Assembly: GCA_038142205.1 (NCBI GenBank)
Contig: JAYQJO010000001.1
Location: 2,553,659-2,617,658, forward strand
Direction: 5' to 3'
Source of the DNA: Pseudomonadota bacterium
GTDB taxonomy: Bacteria > Pseudomonadota > Gammaproteobacteria > Eutrophobiales > Eutrophobiaceae
Length of the DNA: 64,000 nucleotides
This document shows, piece by piece, positions 9,634 to 17,291 of the stretch. The number at the start of each line of letters is the position of its first letter. Position 1 is the stretch's first letter. The notes beneath the pieces are model-generated. The model saw nothing but the letters and a program-made list of their open reading frames with translations. It was not told where the DNA came from and ran no database searches. The translations under genes were made by a program, and so were the position numbers.

Positions 9634-10095
9634 TTAAAGTTCTGCTGGTGATTTATTTGCAATTTTAGTCCAGTTTTCATTAGCTGATTTAATTCGTCCA
9701 GGAATATCTTTTAACCAATCTGCCTGAATGTTTTTATCTAAGTTAAGATAAAGTCTACCATCAACAATTTTCCATGCTTCAGGATCACTGACGAATTTTT
9801 TACCAACCGAGACACCAAAAGCACACCAACCACCGTAGGCTGGTAAGTATTTTTCAGGGTTCGCATCAAACGCTTTTTTATTATCAGCATTAGCGAACAA
9901 ATAAGTTGCACCATCATGCACTGAGACATTGTGACCGTTTCCTCGCGCTGCCTTATTAGCATTGTGATATGAAACCAGATCATAACCACTGATGGCTGTT
10001 ACGCTATTAGAGCTACTTGCCGCGTTAACAGAAAGTGATGCAAAGGAAAGGCTTGTTGCAATGAGTAATGCAAAGAGTGTTTTAATGTGTTTCAT
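9634..10095 (-). CDS. secreted YHS-domain-like protein
   Basis: Start placed at ATG 10095, which has AAGGAG 7 nt upstream. The longer ORF-track start would overlap the upstream gene. A signal peptide is present. The YHS assignment is recalled only. Confidence 0.5.
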   Translation of the reverse strand: MKHIKTLFALLIATSLSFASLSVNAASSSNSVTAISGYDLVSYHNANKAARGNGHNVSVHDGATYLFANADNKKAFDANPEKYLPAYGGWCAFGVSVGKKFVSDPEAWKIVDGRLYLNLDKNIQADWLKDIPGRIKSANENWTKIANKSPAEL

Positions 10096-10111
10096 TTTTT
10101 TCTCCTTAAAA

Positions 10112-10666
10112 TTATGCTGCTTTCGCAACGTTATTTGTATTTACAATAGGGAAATCAATTTCGGTTTGCGCAATACGGTTGAAATAATTAGTGAATGTGT
10201 TGATCGCGATGTGAGCAATGATTTCGATAATGGCATCATCGCCATAACCCGCGTTTCGTAATGCATTAAAATGGTCATCACTGATACCGCCACGTTGGTC
10301 AATTACCTTTCGACTAAAAGCTAAAACCGCATTGGTTTTTTCATCGTTTGATGATCCATTAAGGTTTCTTTCTAACTCCTCTTCTTCAATACCCGCGCCT
10401 TTACCTAAAAGCGTATGAGCCGAGGCGCAGTAATCACATTGGTTCTTGCCTGCGACAGTTAGTGCAATTTGTTCTCTTACAGCTGGTGGTAGTACACCTG
10501 TTCCAAGCGCTGTGTTGAAGTTAAGAAATGCTTCAAGTGCGACTGGTGATTGAGCCAACGTACTAAATATATTTGGCACGCCACCCATTTGGGCTTTCAC
10601 TGCATTTAACAGTTCGTTTGCTTTGCCTGTCGTTTGTTCTGGGTTTACTGCTTCTATTCTTGCCAT
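10112..10666 (-). CDS. carboxymuconolactone decarboxylase (AhpD-like) family protein
   Basis: 184 aa with the CxxC motif CDYCASAH typical of AhpD/CMD proteins. Confidence 0.75.
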   Translation of the reverse strand: MARIEAVNPEQTTGKANELLNAVKAQMGGVPNIFSTLAQSPVALEAFLNFNTALGTGVLPPAVREQIALTVAGKNQCDYCASAHTLLGKGAGIEEEELERNLNGSSNDEKTNAVLAFSRKVIDQRGGISDDHFNALRNAGYGDDAIIEIIAHIAINTFTNYFNRIAQTEIDFPIVNTNNVAKAA

Positions 10667-10696
10667 TGTTGTTTCTCCGTAGTGTTTAAATTCAGA

Positions 10697-10714
10697 GGAG
10701 ACAGATCTGTCTCC
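10697..10714. promoter_or_regulatory. operator 1: perfect 18-bp palindrome GGAGACAGATCTGTCTCC
   Basis: Read directly. It lies 31 nt upstream of the AhpD-like gene start, in the intergenic region shared with the divergent TetR gene. Confidence 0.7.
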
Positions 10715-10726
10715 AGTGCGAAAATA

Positions 10727-10740
10727 GTAGACAGATCTGT
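10727..10740. promoter_or_regulatory. operator 2: GTAGACAGATCTGT (10-bp perfect palindromic core)
   Basis: Shares the AGACAGATCTGT core with operator 1, about 30 bp away. Confidence 0.6.
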
Positions 10741-10858
10741 AAGCATTGTCAAATAAATTTATAAATAAAAATAAATATTGTAAATAATTGAAATAATTAA
10801 TATAAATAGAGTTTATAAATTATTTCATCTAAAATAGTTCAAATAATTTATAGAAAAA

Positions 10859-10874
10859 GTAGACAGAAATGTCT
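10859..10874. promoter_or_regulatory. operator 3: GTAGACAGAAATGTCT
   Basis: Has the same AGACA-N4-TGTCT arms. It ends 8 nt before the TetR ORF start. Confidence 0.6.
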
Positions 10875-10882
10875 ATTCTGTA

Positions 10883-11455
10883 ATGATTATGTCAGCAAAA
10901 AGAGAAAAACTAATCGAAACGGCACTTGAGCTATTTGCAAAGAATGGTTTCCATGCGACTGGAATTGATACCATCTTAGCGCACGCTGGCGTTGCCAAGA
11001 AAACACTGTATACGCATTTCCGTACTAAAGAAGAACTCATACTCGCTGTATTAAAGCAGCATGATGGTAAATTTCGTAACTACTTTATGAAAACGGTTGA
11101 ATCACTGGCAGAGCTACCTGAAGAAAGACTGCTGGCTGTCTTTGATGTTGCTGAAGGCTGGTTTGCACAAAATAATTTTTATGGCTGTATGTTTATTAAC
11201 GCTGTTGGGGAGTATTCAGAAGAAGGAACCGCAATTCGCGAAGTCTGCAAGGAATTTAAACGCCTTATGACGACTTATATGAAGGGATTGGCAGAGCAAG
11301 CTGGAATAAAACAGGCTGAAGAATTGGCGAATGAATTAGCGTTATTATTAGAAGGCTCGATTGTTACTGCACAAGTTTCTGAGCAGAGAGAAAAAGCGGC
11401 AAAGACGGCAAAGCGTGTTGCTAAAATTTTAATAGACGAAGCGAAAGAAAAATAA
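10883..11455 (+). CDS. TetR/AcrR family transcriptional regulator
   Basis: 190 aa with an N-terminal HTH (FAKNGFHATGIDTILAHAGVAKKTLYTHF). The start could instead be ATG 10889. Confidence 0.85.
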   Translation: MIMSAKREKLIETALELFAKNGFHATGIDTILAHAGVAKKTLYTHFRTKEELILAVLKQHDGKFRNYFMKTVESLAELPEERLLAVFDVAEGWFAQNNFYGCMFINAVGEYSEEGTAIREVCKEFKRLMTTYMKGLAEQAGIKQAEELANELALLLEGSIVTAQVSEQREKAAKTAKRVAKILIDEAKEK

Positions 11456-11465
11456 ACAGATAGCG

Positions 11466-12551
11466 TTAATTAGTTGCGCCTATCTTTATAGCCCTTTCTT
11501 TTCTTAAGTTCATATCTTCGTTTTCTTCTTGCCACCCTTGACAATGTGTTTGTACCAAATTACTAAGCATATCGATATGTTCAGTAGAATCATTGAGAGC
11601 AGGAATATAATCAAATTGTTGGCCACCTGCTTCGAGAAAGAATTCTCGATTTTGCATATTGATTTCTTCAATTGTCTCGAGACAGTCAGCAGAAAAACCG
11701 GGGCAAACGATGTTGACGCTTTTTGTTCCATTCTTTGCCAATTCTTTTAGCGTGACATCTGTATACGGTTTCAACCATTCACGAGGACCAAATCGTGATT
11801 GGAAGGTCACGAGATAGTCATCTTCGCTAAGATTCATTTTTTCAGCGACTAATCTTGCAGTCTTATGACATTCACAAAAGTAAGGATCACCAGCGAGGAA
11901 ATAATGTTTCGGTAAACCATGAAATGAAAAGATCAGCTTTTCTGGTTTTGAGTTTGTTTGCCAATGATTTTCAATACTTTCTGCTAGCGCACTTATATAT
12001 CCATCATTGTCATGATAATGATTAATCATTCTTAGCTCTGGTAACCAGCGCCATTGGGATAGTTCTTTTGCAACCGCATCAAACGTCGACGCGGTCGTCG
12101 CAGCAGAATATTGTGGGTATAACGGTAATACTAGTAAGCGTTGTGCATTAGCTTGTCGAAGTTTTTCCAGCCCGGATTGTATAGAAGGATTACCATAGCG
12201 CATCGCCAACTCAACTCTGATAGGTAAATCAGTTTTATTTTTTATGGCTGCCTTAAGACCTTCTAATTGTTTTAATGATATATCTAGTAAGGGTGAACCG
12301 TTTTCTGTCCAGACTTTTTCATAGGCTTCAGCGGATTTCTTTGGTCGAGTTCGTAAGATAATACCATGCAGGATACACCACCAGATTAGCTTAGGTGTTT
12401 CAATAACACGTGGATCAGAAAGAAATTCGGCAAGGTATTTGCGCAAGGCAGCAGGGGTAGGCGCATCTGGTGTGCCGAGGTTTGTGATCAGTACACCAAT
12501 ACATGGTGGACTATCATGTTTATAATCTGGGTTGCCTTTATATTTTGCCAT
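11466..12551 (-). CDS. hemH: ferrochelatase
   Basis: 361 aa with the GVLITNLGTPD, YPQYS and FSFHGLP blocks typical of HemH. Confidence 0.9.
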   Translation of the reverse strand: MAKYKGNPDYKHDSPPCIGVLITNLGTPDAPTPAALRKYLAEFLSDPRVIETPKLIWWCILHGIILRTRPKKSAEAYEKVWTENGSPLLDISLKQLEGLKAAIKNKTDLPIRVELAMRYGNPSIQSGLEKLRQANAQRLLVLPLYPQYSAATTASTFDAVAKELSQWRWLPELRMINHYHDNDGYISALAESIENHWQTNSKPEKLIFSFHGLPKHYFLAGDPYFCECHKTARLVAEKMNLSEDDYLVTFQSRFGPREWLKPYTDVTLKELAKNGTKSVNIVCPGFSADCLETIEEINMQNREFFLEAGGQQFDYIPALNDSTEHIDMLSNLVQTHCQGWQEENEDMNLRKERAIKIGATN

Positions 12552-12576
12552 AGATTACTTTATATAGGAGTGCGTC

Positions 12577-12936
12577 GTGTTTGTTAAAAATATTGTTGAT
12601 TGTGTCGAGTTTAACGCCCATGATGGCTGGCGCATTAAGGAGTGGGTACACCCGAAGAATGGTGCTGTCGCACTTTCTTATTGAGTGGCAATGGCAACGG
12701 TTGATGTCGGCGAGCAAAGTTACAAACACATATTGGATCAAACGGAAGTGTATTTAATTACTGCTGGGCAAGGCTTGATGCATATCGATGAGGAAGAAAA
12801 AAACGTTAAAGCGGGTGAAGCAATTTATATTGAACCGCAATGTGTTCAGTGGATAGAAAACACAGGCGAAGTATCTCTACAGTTTATTGCTATAGTAAAT
12901 CCACCGTGGAGTGAAGAAGGGGATAACAGATTATAA
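12577..12936 (+). pseudogene. cupin-domain protein interrupted by an in-frame TGA (12682-12684)
   Basis: GTG 12577 has AGGAG 6 nt upstream. The 35 codons MFVKNIVDCVEFNAHDGWRIKEWVHPKNGAVALSY are followed by TGA. The same frame then continues as the 83-aa ORF-track ORF 12685-12936 (cupin core). Confidence 0.65.
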
Positions 12937-13479
12937 ATTCTCAAACCAGTTAAGCACATTTTCAGCATCTTTGTCTGTCGGGAAGACGGGATAAAAGACT
13001 TTTTTTATGATGTTATTTTCAATGATTAATGTAACCCGTTTATAACGCTCTACATCCTCAACAGTAAATGTTGGCAATGATAATTGTTGTTTAAGTTGAA
13101 AACTCGCATCGCTTAATAACTCAAAAGGCAGATGTAATCGTTCTTTTGCTTCTTGTTGGTAGTCTGTGTCCTGACTACTCAAGCCAAAGATTCGTGTATG
13201 TTGTTTCAAGTCACCATGTAAGTCTCGAAAGCTACAGGATTGCGGTGTGCAGCCTCTGGCACCGGGGATTGACTCCCAACCTTCTGGTAGTGCAACGTTA
13301 GGTTGACCTGTCATCGGGTAAATGTATATGACGGTGTAGCCATTAAGCGAAGCTATATTGATTTCTTCATTGTTTGTTGCTCGAAGCATTACATCAGGTA
13401 ACTCTGACTCCGTTAAATGATCGCAGGCACCATCATCTTCAGGAACGGGTAAGTCGTCAGGCAGGTCAGATAAAGCCAT
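12931..13479 (-). CDS. peroxiredoxin (AhpC/TSA-redoxin family)
   Basis: 182 aa with a thioredoxin-fold pattern and GCTPQSC. Confidence 0.7.
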   Translation of the reverse strand: MALSDLPDDLPVPEDDGACDHLTESELPDVMLRATNNEEINIASLNGYTVIYIYPMTGQPNVALPEGWESIPGARGCTPQSCSFRDLHGDLKQHTRIFGLSSQDTDYQQEAKERLHLPFELLSDASFQLKQQLSLPTFTVEDVERYKRVTLIIENNIIKKVFYPVFPTDKDAENVLNWFENL

Positions 13480-13586
13480 TAAAATAAACTCTCTAATATC
13501 GCCATGATAATAAAAGCGCCAATGATAGCAGCGGGTATAGCAACACTAAACAACATACTTTGCAAAAAAAGCTTGGCTGTTTTCAT
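13479..13586 (-). CDS. 35-aa hydrophobic micro-protein
   Basis: Encodes MKTAKLFLQSMLFSVAIPAAIIGAFIIMAILESLF. Its ATG overlaps the upstream stop (ATGA) and its TAA overlaps the peroxiredoxin ATG (TAATG). Confidence 0.4.
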   Translation of the reverse strand: MKTAKLFLQSMLFSVAIPAAIIGAFIIMAILESLF

Positions 13587-13780
13587 GTCTTTTTTTGATT
13601 GGTTCGTACAGCATTAACAATGGTTGTGATTGGAATAATCGGCATGGCAAATAGAAACGCTCCCAAGCCTACCCATGAACCGTTACCTGTATTCATTACG
13701 ATAATGATATATACGGTTAGTACTTGAAGTAGCAATGGTATAACAACGCAGTAAACGTATCGCATAAAATTATTCATCAT
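13583..13780 (-). CDS. 65-aa two-TM membrane protein
   Basis: ORF-track ORF. It is hydrophobic and first in a translationally coupled string. Confidence 0.5.
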   Translation of the reverse strand: MMNNFMRYVYCVVIPLLLQVLTVYIIIVMNTGNGSWVGLGAFLFAMPIIPITTIVNAVRTNQKKT

Positions 13781-13821
13781 TCTTTTCCATTAATTCTATT
13801 CTTTTAATTAGTTATGTCTAT

Positions 13822-13848
13822 GAAAACGGCCAGCAAAATACTGGCCGT
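13822..13848 (-). terminator. rho-independent terminator after the polytopic membrane gene
   Basis: Stem ACGGCCAG/CTGGCCGT with a 7-nt loop. On the minus strand a TTTT run follows. It lies 13 nt past the stop at 13861. Confidence 0.7.
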
Positions 13849-13860
13849 CTTAACATATGA

Positions 13861-15234
13861 CTAGAAGTTTGCTTCTGCTTTTTTAAAGGCATTATCAATT
13901 CGTAATTTTATTGCGACCCCGTGTCGCTCAATTATTGAACCGATAATGATAGCTGAAGTACCTGCTGCAGCCAGACCTGTCCAGCTAAGGAAATTAACCA
14001 TTTCATAGATATGAAACAAGTCGTAAGCTACAGCTACTGTCGTGGTTATAAAGCCAAATATCACAATGGTACGTGATTTACTGATATAAACTAAAGCGAT
14101 TAGCGCTAAGCCAACAAGCGCACACATAACGCCATTAAACAAGCTTTCATAGATGGCAAGATGAAGCATAAAACTCAAGCTTGTGATAAGCGCAGCTATA
14201 ATCAATGCAGCATGTTTAAAGTTATGAGCACGCTTCGCCATATCAAACATATGTGCAGAAAAGATTAATGCAAAAACAGGCAAGGCAAATTCAAAATGAA
14301 GAAGCTTGTCGAGTAATTCCGTCGCAGAAGCTGCAACTAAAAATGCTATTGGTATTGAAACAAATTCCATAAGCTTGCGAGTTTTGCTTTCAATATCTAA
14401 CTGCAAAGAACAGTGTCTTAACGTCATAAAGCCGATAAAAGCGATGATGGTGTAGATTAGATCATCAGCTTGATACAACCATAAGCTACGAAGCAACATA
14501 ATAACCGGCGCAATAAATAATAATATTCTTGCGAACTTACCTTCTGCGGTACGTAGTAACTGATCTTTCTGAACCAGCTTTGTAACAAATGCCAATGACA
14601 ATAAAATACTGGCACCTGCGATAATCGAAACATAAAGCGTATCTCTAACAGGAATCAATAACATTGAACCGGAAAGTAAATAAGCAGTTGTTAATGATAA
14701 AGCTGATTGACGTGCCATCACTTTAAAACCAAACAAGGTGATTGGGATTAGCACGAGTGTTGCAATTACTAAAGCAATCGCGATTGAAGCGCCGCTGGTA
14801 ACTGTCCAGAGTGCAATGTCAGGGTAGTTGGATAATGCGCCACCCCATTGCACATAAGAAAAAATCAAAGCGCCTAATGTAGTCAGGTTTGCTGTAATTG
14901 AAACCAGACTTAAACCAAAGAACACTCTGGCACCTTTATTTTCCTTAATCAGGAAAGCTAATCCGAAACCACCTAATGCCAATAATATGGTTTGTGACAA
15001 TAATAAATAGTAACGGTGTACATCATTACCATTGTCCCAACCTTGCAGTAGAAAGACTGACATTGACGCGACAACTGAAAAAGCACCAACGATTCTTAGT
15101 ATTCGAGACAAGGTGGCAAACTTTTTGATCATTTGCATGAGGGATTGTTTTTCATCTTCTTTTTCGAAGCCATCAAGTTCGATGGCTTCATTTATGTTAA
15201 TTGTATTTATACTATTCATGATGTTTGTCCTCAT
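13861..15234 (-). CDS. large polytopic membrane protein, unknown function
   Basis: 457 aa with 10 or more hydrophobic segments. An alternative start at ATG 15219 would overlap the PspA-like stop as ATGAATAG. Confidence 0.6.
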   Translation of the reverse strand: MRTNIMNSINTININEAIELDGFEKEDEKQSLMQMIKKFATLSRILRIVGAFSVVASMSVFLLQGWDNGNDVHRYYLLLSQTILLALGGFGLAFLIKENKGARVFFGLSLVSITANLTTLGALIFSYVQWGGALSNYPDIALWTVTSGASIAIALVIATLVLIPITLFGFKVMARQSALSLTTAYLLSGSMLLIPVRDTLYVSIIAGASILLSLAFVTKLVQKDQLLRTAEGKFARILLFIAPVIMLLRSLWLYQADDLIYTIIAFIGFMTLRHCSLQLDIESKTRKLMEFVSIPIAFLVAASATELLDKLLHFEFALPVFALIFSAHMFDMAKRAHNFKHAALIIAALITSLSFMLHLAIYESLFNGVMCALVGLALIALVYISKSRTIVIFGFITTTVAVAYDLFHIYEMVNFLSWTGLAAAGTSAIIIGSIIERHGVAIKLRIDNAFKKAEANF

Positions 15235-15868
15235 CCATTAACGCAGACAGTTCAGCTCGAAGTGCAGCTTCATCTTCTTTTTCTGCAAACGTTTTATCTA
15301 GAAGGTCTACTGACTCGAGTTCTTGCCCGACTTCGTATTCAGCTTCACTGATGACCATTTCCCAGCGTTCGAATGTATCGTCGACATCATTCTTGCTTGA
15401 GCCTTCGATACTATTGATGGTGCGCAGTGCATCTGCGGCGGAATGACGCGAACGCATCATGTTGCGTTGTTGTGTGATTTGCGAAAGCCGTTGTTCGATC
15501 TTGGTAATACTGGCGCCGACTTTCTGCTCTAGTTCTTCATGTTGAACCAGCGCTTGTTGTGTATTGGCGATACGTTGCTTACAGATATTTTTTCTATGCA
15601 AACAATCCAGTGCCGTTTTTTCATCTTCTGCAGCAACAGACTTGGCCCGGTTCTCCCAGGTTGTTTCCATTTCCTGCAGTTCTTCTAATCTGGACTCCAG
15701 ACTTTGCCGATCTTTTTTTACGCGGGAATAGCGAACCTGTGCTTTTGATAAAGCTGTTCGGCAATCCTTAATAGATACGTCGATGACTGCATCATGATTT
15801 TCGACTTGTGAAACTGCTTTATCGACAGATGCCGTTAAGGTGGTCGTTATACGATTGATTATGCCCAT
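15212..15868 (-). CDS. PspA/IM30 family protein
   Basis: 218 aa coiled-coil protein. The N-terminus MGIINRITTTLTASVDKAVSQVENHDAVIDVSIKD and overall pattern fit PspA/IM30. Confidence 0.75.
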   Translation of the reverse strand: MGIINRITTTLTASVDKAVSQVENHDAVIDVSIKDCRTALSKAQVRYSRVKKDRQSLESRLEELQEMETTWENRAKSVAAEDEKTALDCLHRKNICKQRIANTQQALVQHEELEQKVGASITKIEQRLSQITQQRNMMRSRHSAADALRTINSIEGSSKNDVDDTFERWEMVISEAEYEVGQELESVDLLDKTFAEKEDEAALRAELSALMDEDKHHE

Positions 15869-16005
15869 GGTTTTGGCCCTCTTTGTTGTTTAAAAGTGAC
15901 CAAAGCATGATGAAAAGTATAGTTAAAATAAACTATAAATAAAATAGACTACTAAATAGAAACTATTAGTACTAATAAATAATACAAATTAGCGCTTGTG
16001 AGATA

Positions 16006-16308
16006 TCAGGAGTACTTTGAGCTTTGTTGTTTCAGAATCGTTGCGCGGTATTTGTTGTGAATTTTGATGCAACGTTCGCCTAACTCAGAACGCTCATCAA
16101 TATTGTCTACATAGAAACGAATCAGTGCACGCATCAATCCTTCGATGCGTTTATTTTCAAGATTACCTACGACGGTAAGCTTGGTAATTTTTTTTAAATA
16201 ACGAATTAGAAACCATTCAGTTGTATAAGACTCAATTTCGACTCTTTCTATATCCTTGATTTGTTCAATGATGTATTCATGAAAATCGCCGAAGTAAATT
16301 TTTTTCAT
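16006..16308 (-). CDS. hypothetical protein
   Basis: 100 aa ORF with no recognised motif. Confidence 0.4.
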   Translation of the reverse strand: MKKIYFGDFHEYIIEQIKDIERVEIESYTTEWFLIRYLKKITKLTVVGNLENKRIEGLMRALIRFYVDNIDERSELGERCIKIHNKYRATILKQQSSKYS

Positions 16309-16334
16309 ATCGACTGTTTGGTTTTCGTTCTCTA

Positions 16335-17222
16335 TTAAAGCTGACTATTTTCCAATGCCGCAATGCGTTCTTCTAACGGCGGATGACTCATAAACAGTTT
16401 TTTGAAGCCGTCCACTTTTCCACCGGAAATACCAAACGCAGCCATTTCATCCGGTAGTGGTTCCGGGTTACTCGCTTGTTGTAATCGACGCAATGCGGAA
16501 ATCATTTTTTCACGTCCGGCCAAATATGCGCCGCCAGCATCAGCTTTAAATTCACGGCGACGTGAAAACCACATGACAATGGTGCTGGCTAAAACGGACA
16601 GAATCATTTGTACGAAAATAACGCCGATCCAGTAACCGGGGCCGTGACCACGTTCAATTTTAAAAACAACACGATCGATGAGGTGACCGATAATACGTGA
16701 GAAGAAAATAACGAAAGTATTTACTACGCCTTGTATCAATGTCAGCGTAACCATGTCGCCATTAGCAACGTGACTGACTTCATGACCCAAAACTGCTTCA
16801 ACTTCATCCTGCGTCATGTTGTTTAATAAACCAGTACTGACAGCAACCAACGATGAGTTTTTGCTCATTCCAGTTGCAAATGCATTAGGTTGTGGTGAAT
16901 TAAAGATACCAACTTCCGGCATACCAATGCCAGCTTCTCTTGCCTGCATTTCAACTGTCGAAACCAACCATTGTTCCTGTTGATTAGTCGGGTTTTCGAT
17001 AAGCTGAACGCCCATGGATTTTTTTGCCAGCCATTTCGACATAGCAAGTGAAATAAGTGAGCCTCCCATACCAAACGCAGCAGAAATAATAAGTAAACCG
17101 GTGAGGTTTAAACCGCCGCCTTGTTGTTCAAGAGCAGTATCAATTCCAAGTATGCTCATACTGATGCTTAGAACAAGCATAATGGCAATGTTAGTGCCTA
17201 GGAAAAGCAAAATTCGTAACAT
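16335..17222 (-). CDS. htpX: membrane zinc protease HtpX (M48)
   Basis: 295 aa with the [10 protein letters not shown] zinc motif and the TM layout typical of HtpX. Confidence 0.9.
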   Translation of the reverse strand: MLRILLFLGTNIAIMLVLSISMSILGIDTALEQQGGGLNLTGLLIISAAFGMGGSLISLAMSKWLAKKSMGVQLIENPTNQQEQWLVSTVEMQAREAGIGMPEVGIFNSPQPNAFATGMSKNSSLVAVSTGLLNNMTQDEVEAVLGHEVSHVANGDMVTLTLIQGVVNTFVIFFSRIIGHLIDRVVFKIERGHGPGYWIGVIFVQMILSVLASTIVMWFSRRREFKADAGGAYLAGREKMISALRRLQQASNPEPLPDEMAAFGISGGKVDGFKKLFMSHPPLEERIAALENSQL

Positions 17223-17291
17223 TTACAGACTCCAAATAAATAGAAAATTAGTTTCTCTCTAGATTGTATCTAAATATGAAAGTTCAAGGTG

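Noticed and set aside
12682-12684. TGA in the cupin gene as a selenocysteine codon
   Set aside because: No SECIS-like hairpin follows the codon. From memory, homologues have Ser or a small residue rather than Cys at this position. TGA is used as an ordinary stop elsewhere in the window (for example at 7220-7222).
15869-16005. sigma54 promoter upstream of the PspA-like gene (as for E. coli pspA)
   Set aside because: The only candidate, TGGTCACTTTTAAAC, lacks the -12 GC element. No pspF-like activator is nearby.
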